Virus record (IMG/VR): IMGVR_UViG_2571042636_000009
DNA: 36,219 nt
Reading direction: 5' to 3' (one strand)
Source of the DNA: a virus
Taxonomy: Duplodnaviria > Heunggongvirae > Uroviricota > Caudoviricetes
The notes under the pieces were generated by a model that was not told the origin of the DNA, did no database searches, and was given only the letters and a program-made list of their open reading frames with translations. Position 1 is the stretch's first letter. Each line of letters starts with the position of its first letter. This document shows positions 35,878-36,219 of the stretch, one piece after another. A program made the translations under genes and the position numbers.

Positions 35878-36219
35878 ATGCAGGATATTCCACAGGAAAC
35901 ACATCATGAGACGACACGCCTCACTCAGTCAGCCCAGGTGCTGCTCTGGGAAATCGACCTGACCGAGGTAGGCGGGGAACGCTACTTTTTCTGTAATGAG
36001 CAGAACGATAAAGGTGAGCCGGTCACCTGGCAGGGGCGACAGTATCAGGCGTATCCCATTCAGGGGACGGGATTTGAACTGAACGGCAAAGGCAGTGCTG
36101 CCCGTCCGACACTGACGGTTTCTAACCTGCACGGCATGGTCACCGGGATGGCGGAAGACCTGCAGAGTCTGGTCGGCGGAACGGTGGTCCGGCGTAAGGT
36201 TTACGCCCGTTTTCTGGAT
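35878..36219 (+). CDS. Minor tail protein L-like, 5-prime partial (runs off the window end)
   Basis: Open frame from the ATG at 35878 to the window end without a stop (MQDIPQETHHETTRLTQSAQVLLWEIDL...); follows M as in lambda. Confidence 0.7.
   Translation, partial: MQDIPQETHHETTRLTQSAQVLLWEIDLTEVGGERYFFCNEQNDKGEPVTWQGRQYQAYPIQGTGFELNGKGSAARPTLTVSNLHGMVTGMAEDLQSLVGGTVVRRKVYARFLD

Noticed and set aside
35929-36132. 67-aa minus-strand ORF near the window end
   Set aside because: Lies antisense inside the open L-like tail gene frame, which continues off the window.

Overview
This window is most of a lambdoid (phage 21 / Qin-like) prophage from an E. coli-type enterobacterial genome, read from the integrase end; nothing here was searched against a database, so all identifications rest on reading the sequence and on recalled protein families. 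Minus strand, left to right: integrase, excisionase-like gene, a large DnaQ-like exonuclease gene, and a dicB-type operon (ydfA-ydfB-ydfC-DicF sRNA-dicB-ydfD). Then a full-length CI-like repressor with a divergent Cro-like gene and GTTTT-N6-AAAAC operator-like palindromes, a YdaT-like gene, and a replication initiator with internal iteron repeats. The main candidate for an undescribed system is an AT-rich two-gene insert at 9094-11133 (HEPN-motif protein plus GNAT-like protein) sitting next to hokD, where relBE sits in K-12 Qin. Downstream: rem-like gene, ydfU, Q antiterminator, a cargo locus with an IS10-disrupted lipocalin gene, a DUF523/DUF1722 gene and an AppY-like AraC regulator, then a pinholin / SAR-endolysin / Rz-Rz1 lysis cassette, cspI-like and gnsB-like genes, a cos-like site, terminase, portal, a protease-capsid fusion and lambda-like tail genes Z, U, V, G, T, H, M and L (L runs off the window end). 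No tRNA, rRNA or CRISPR array was seen.
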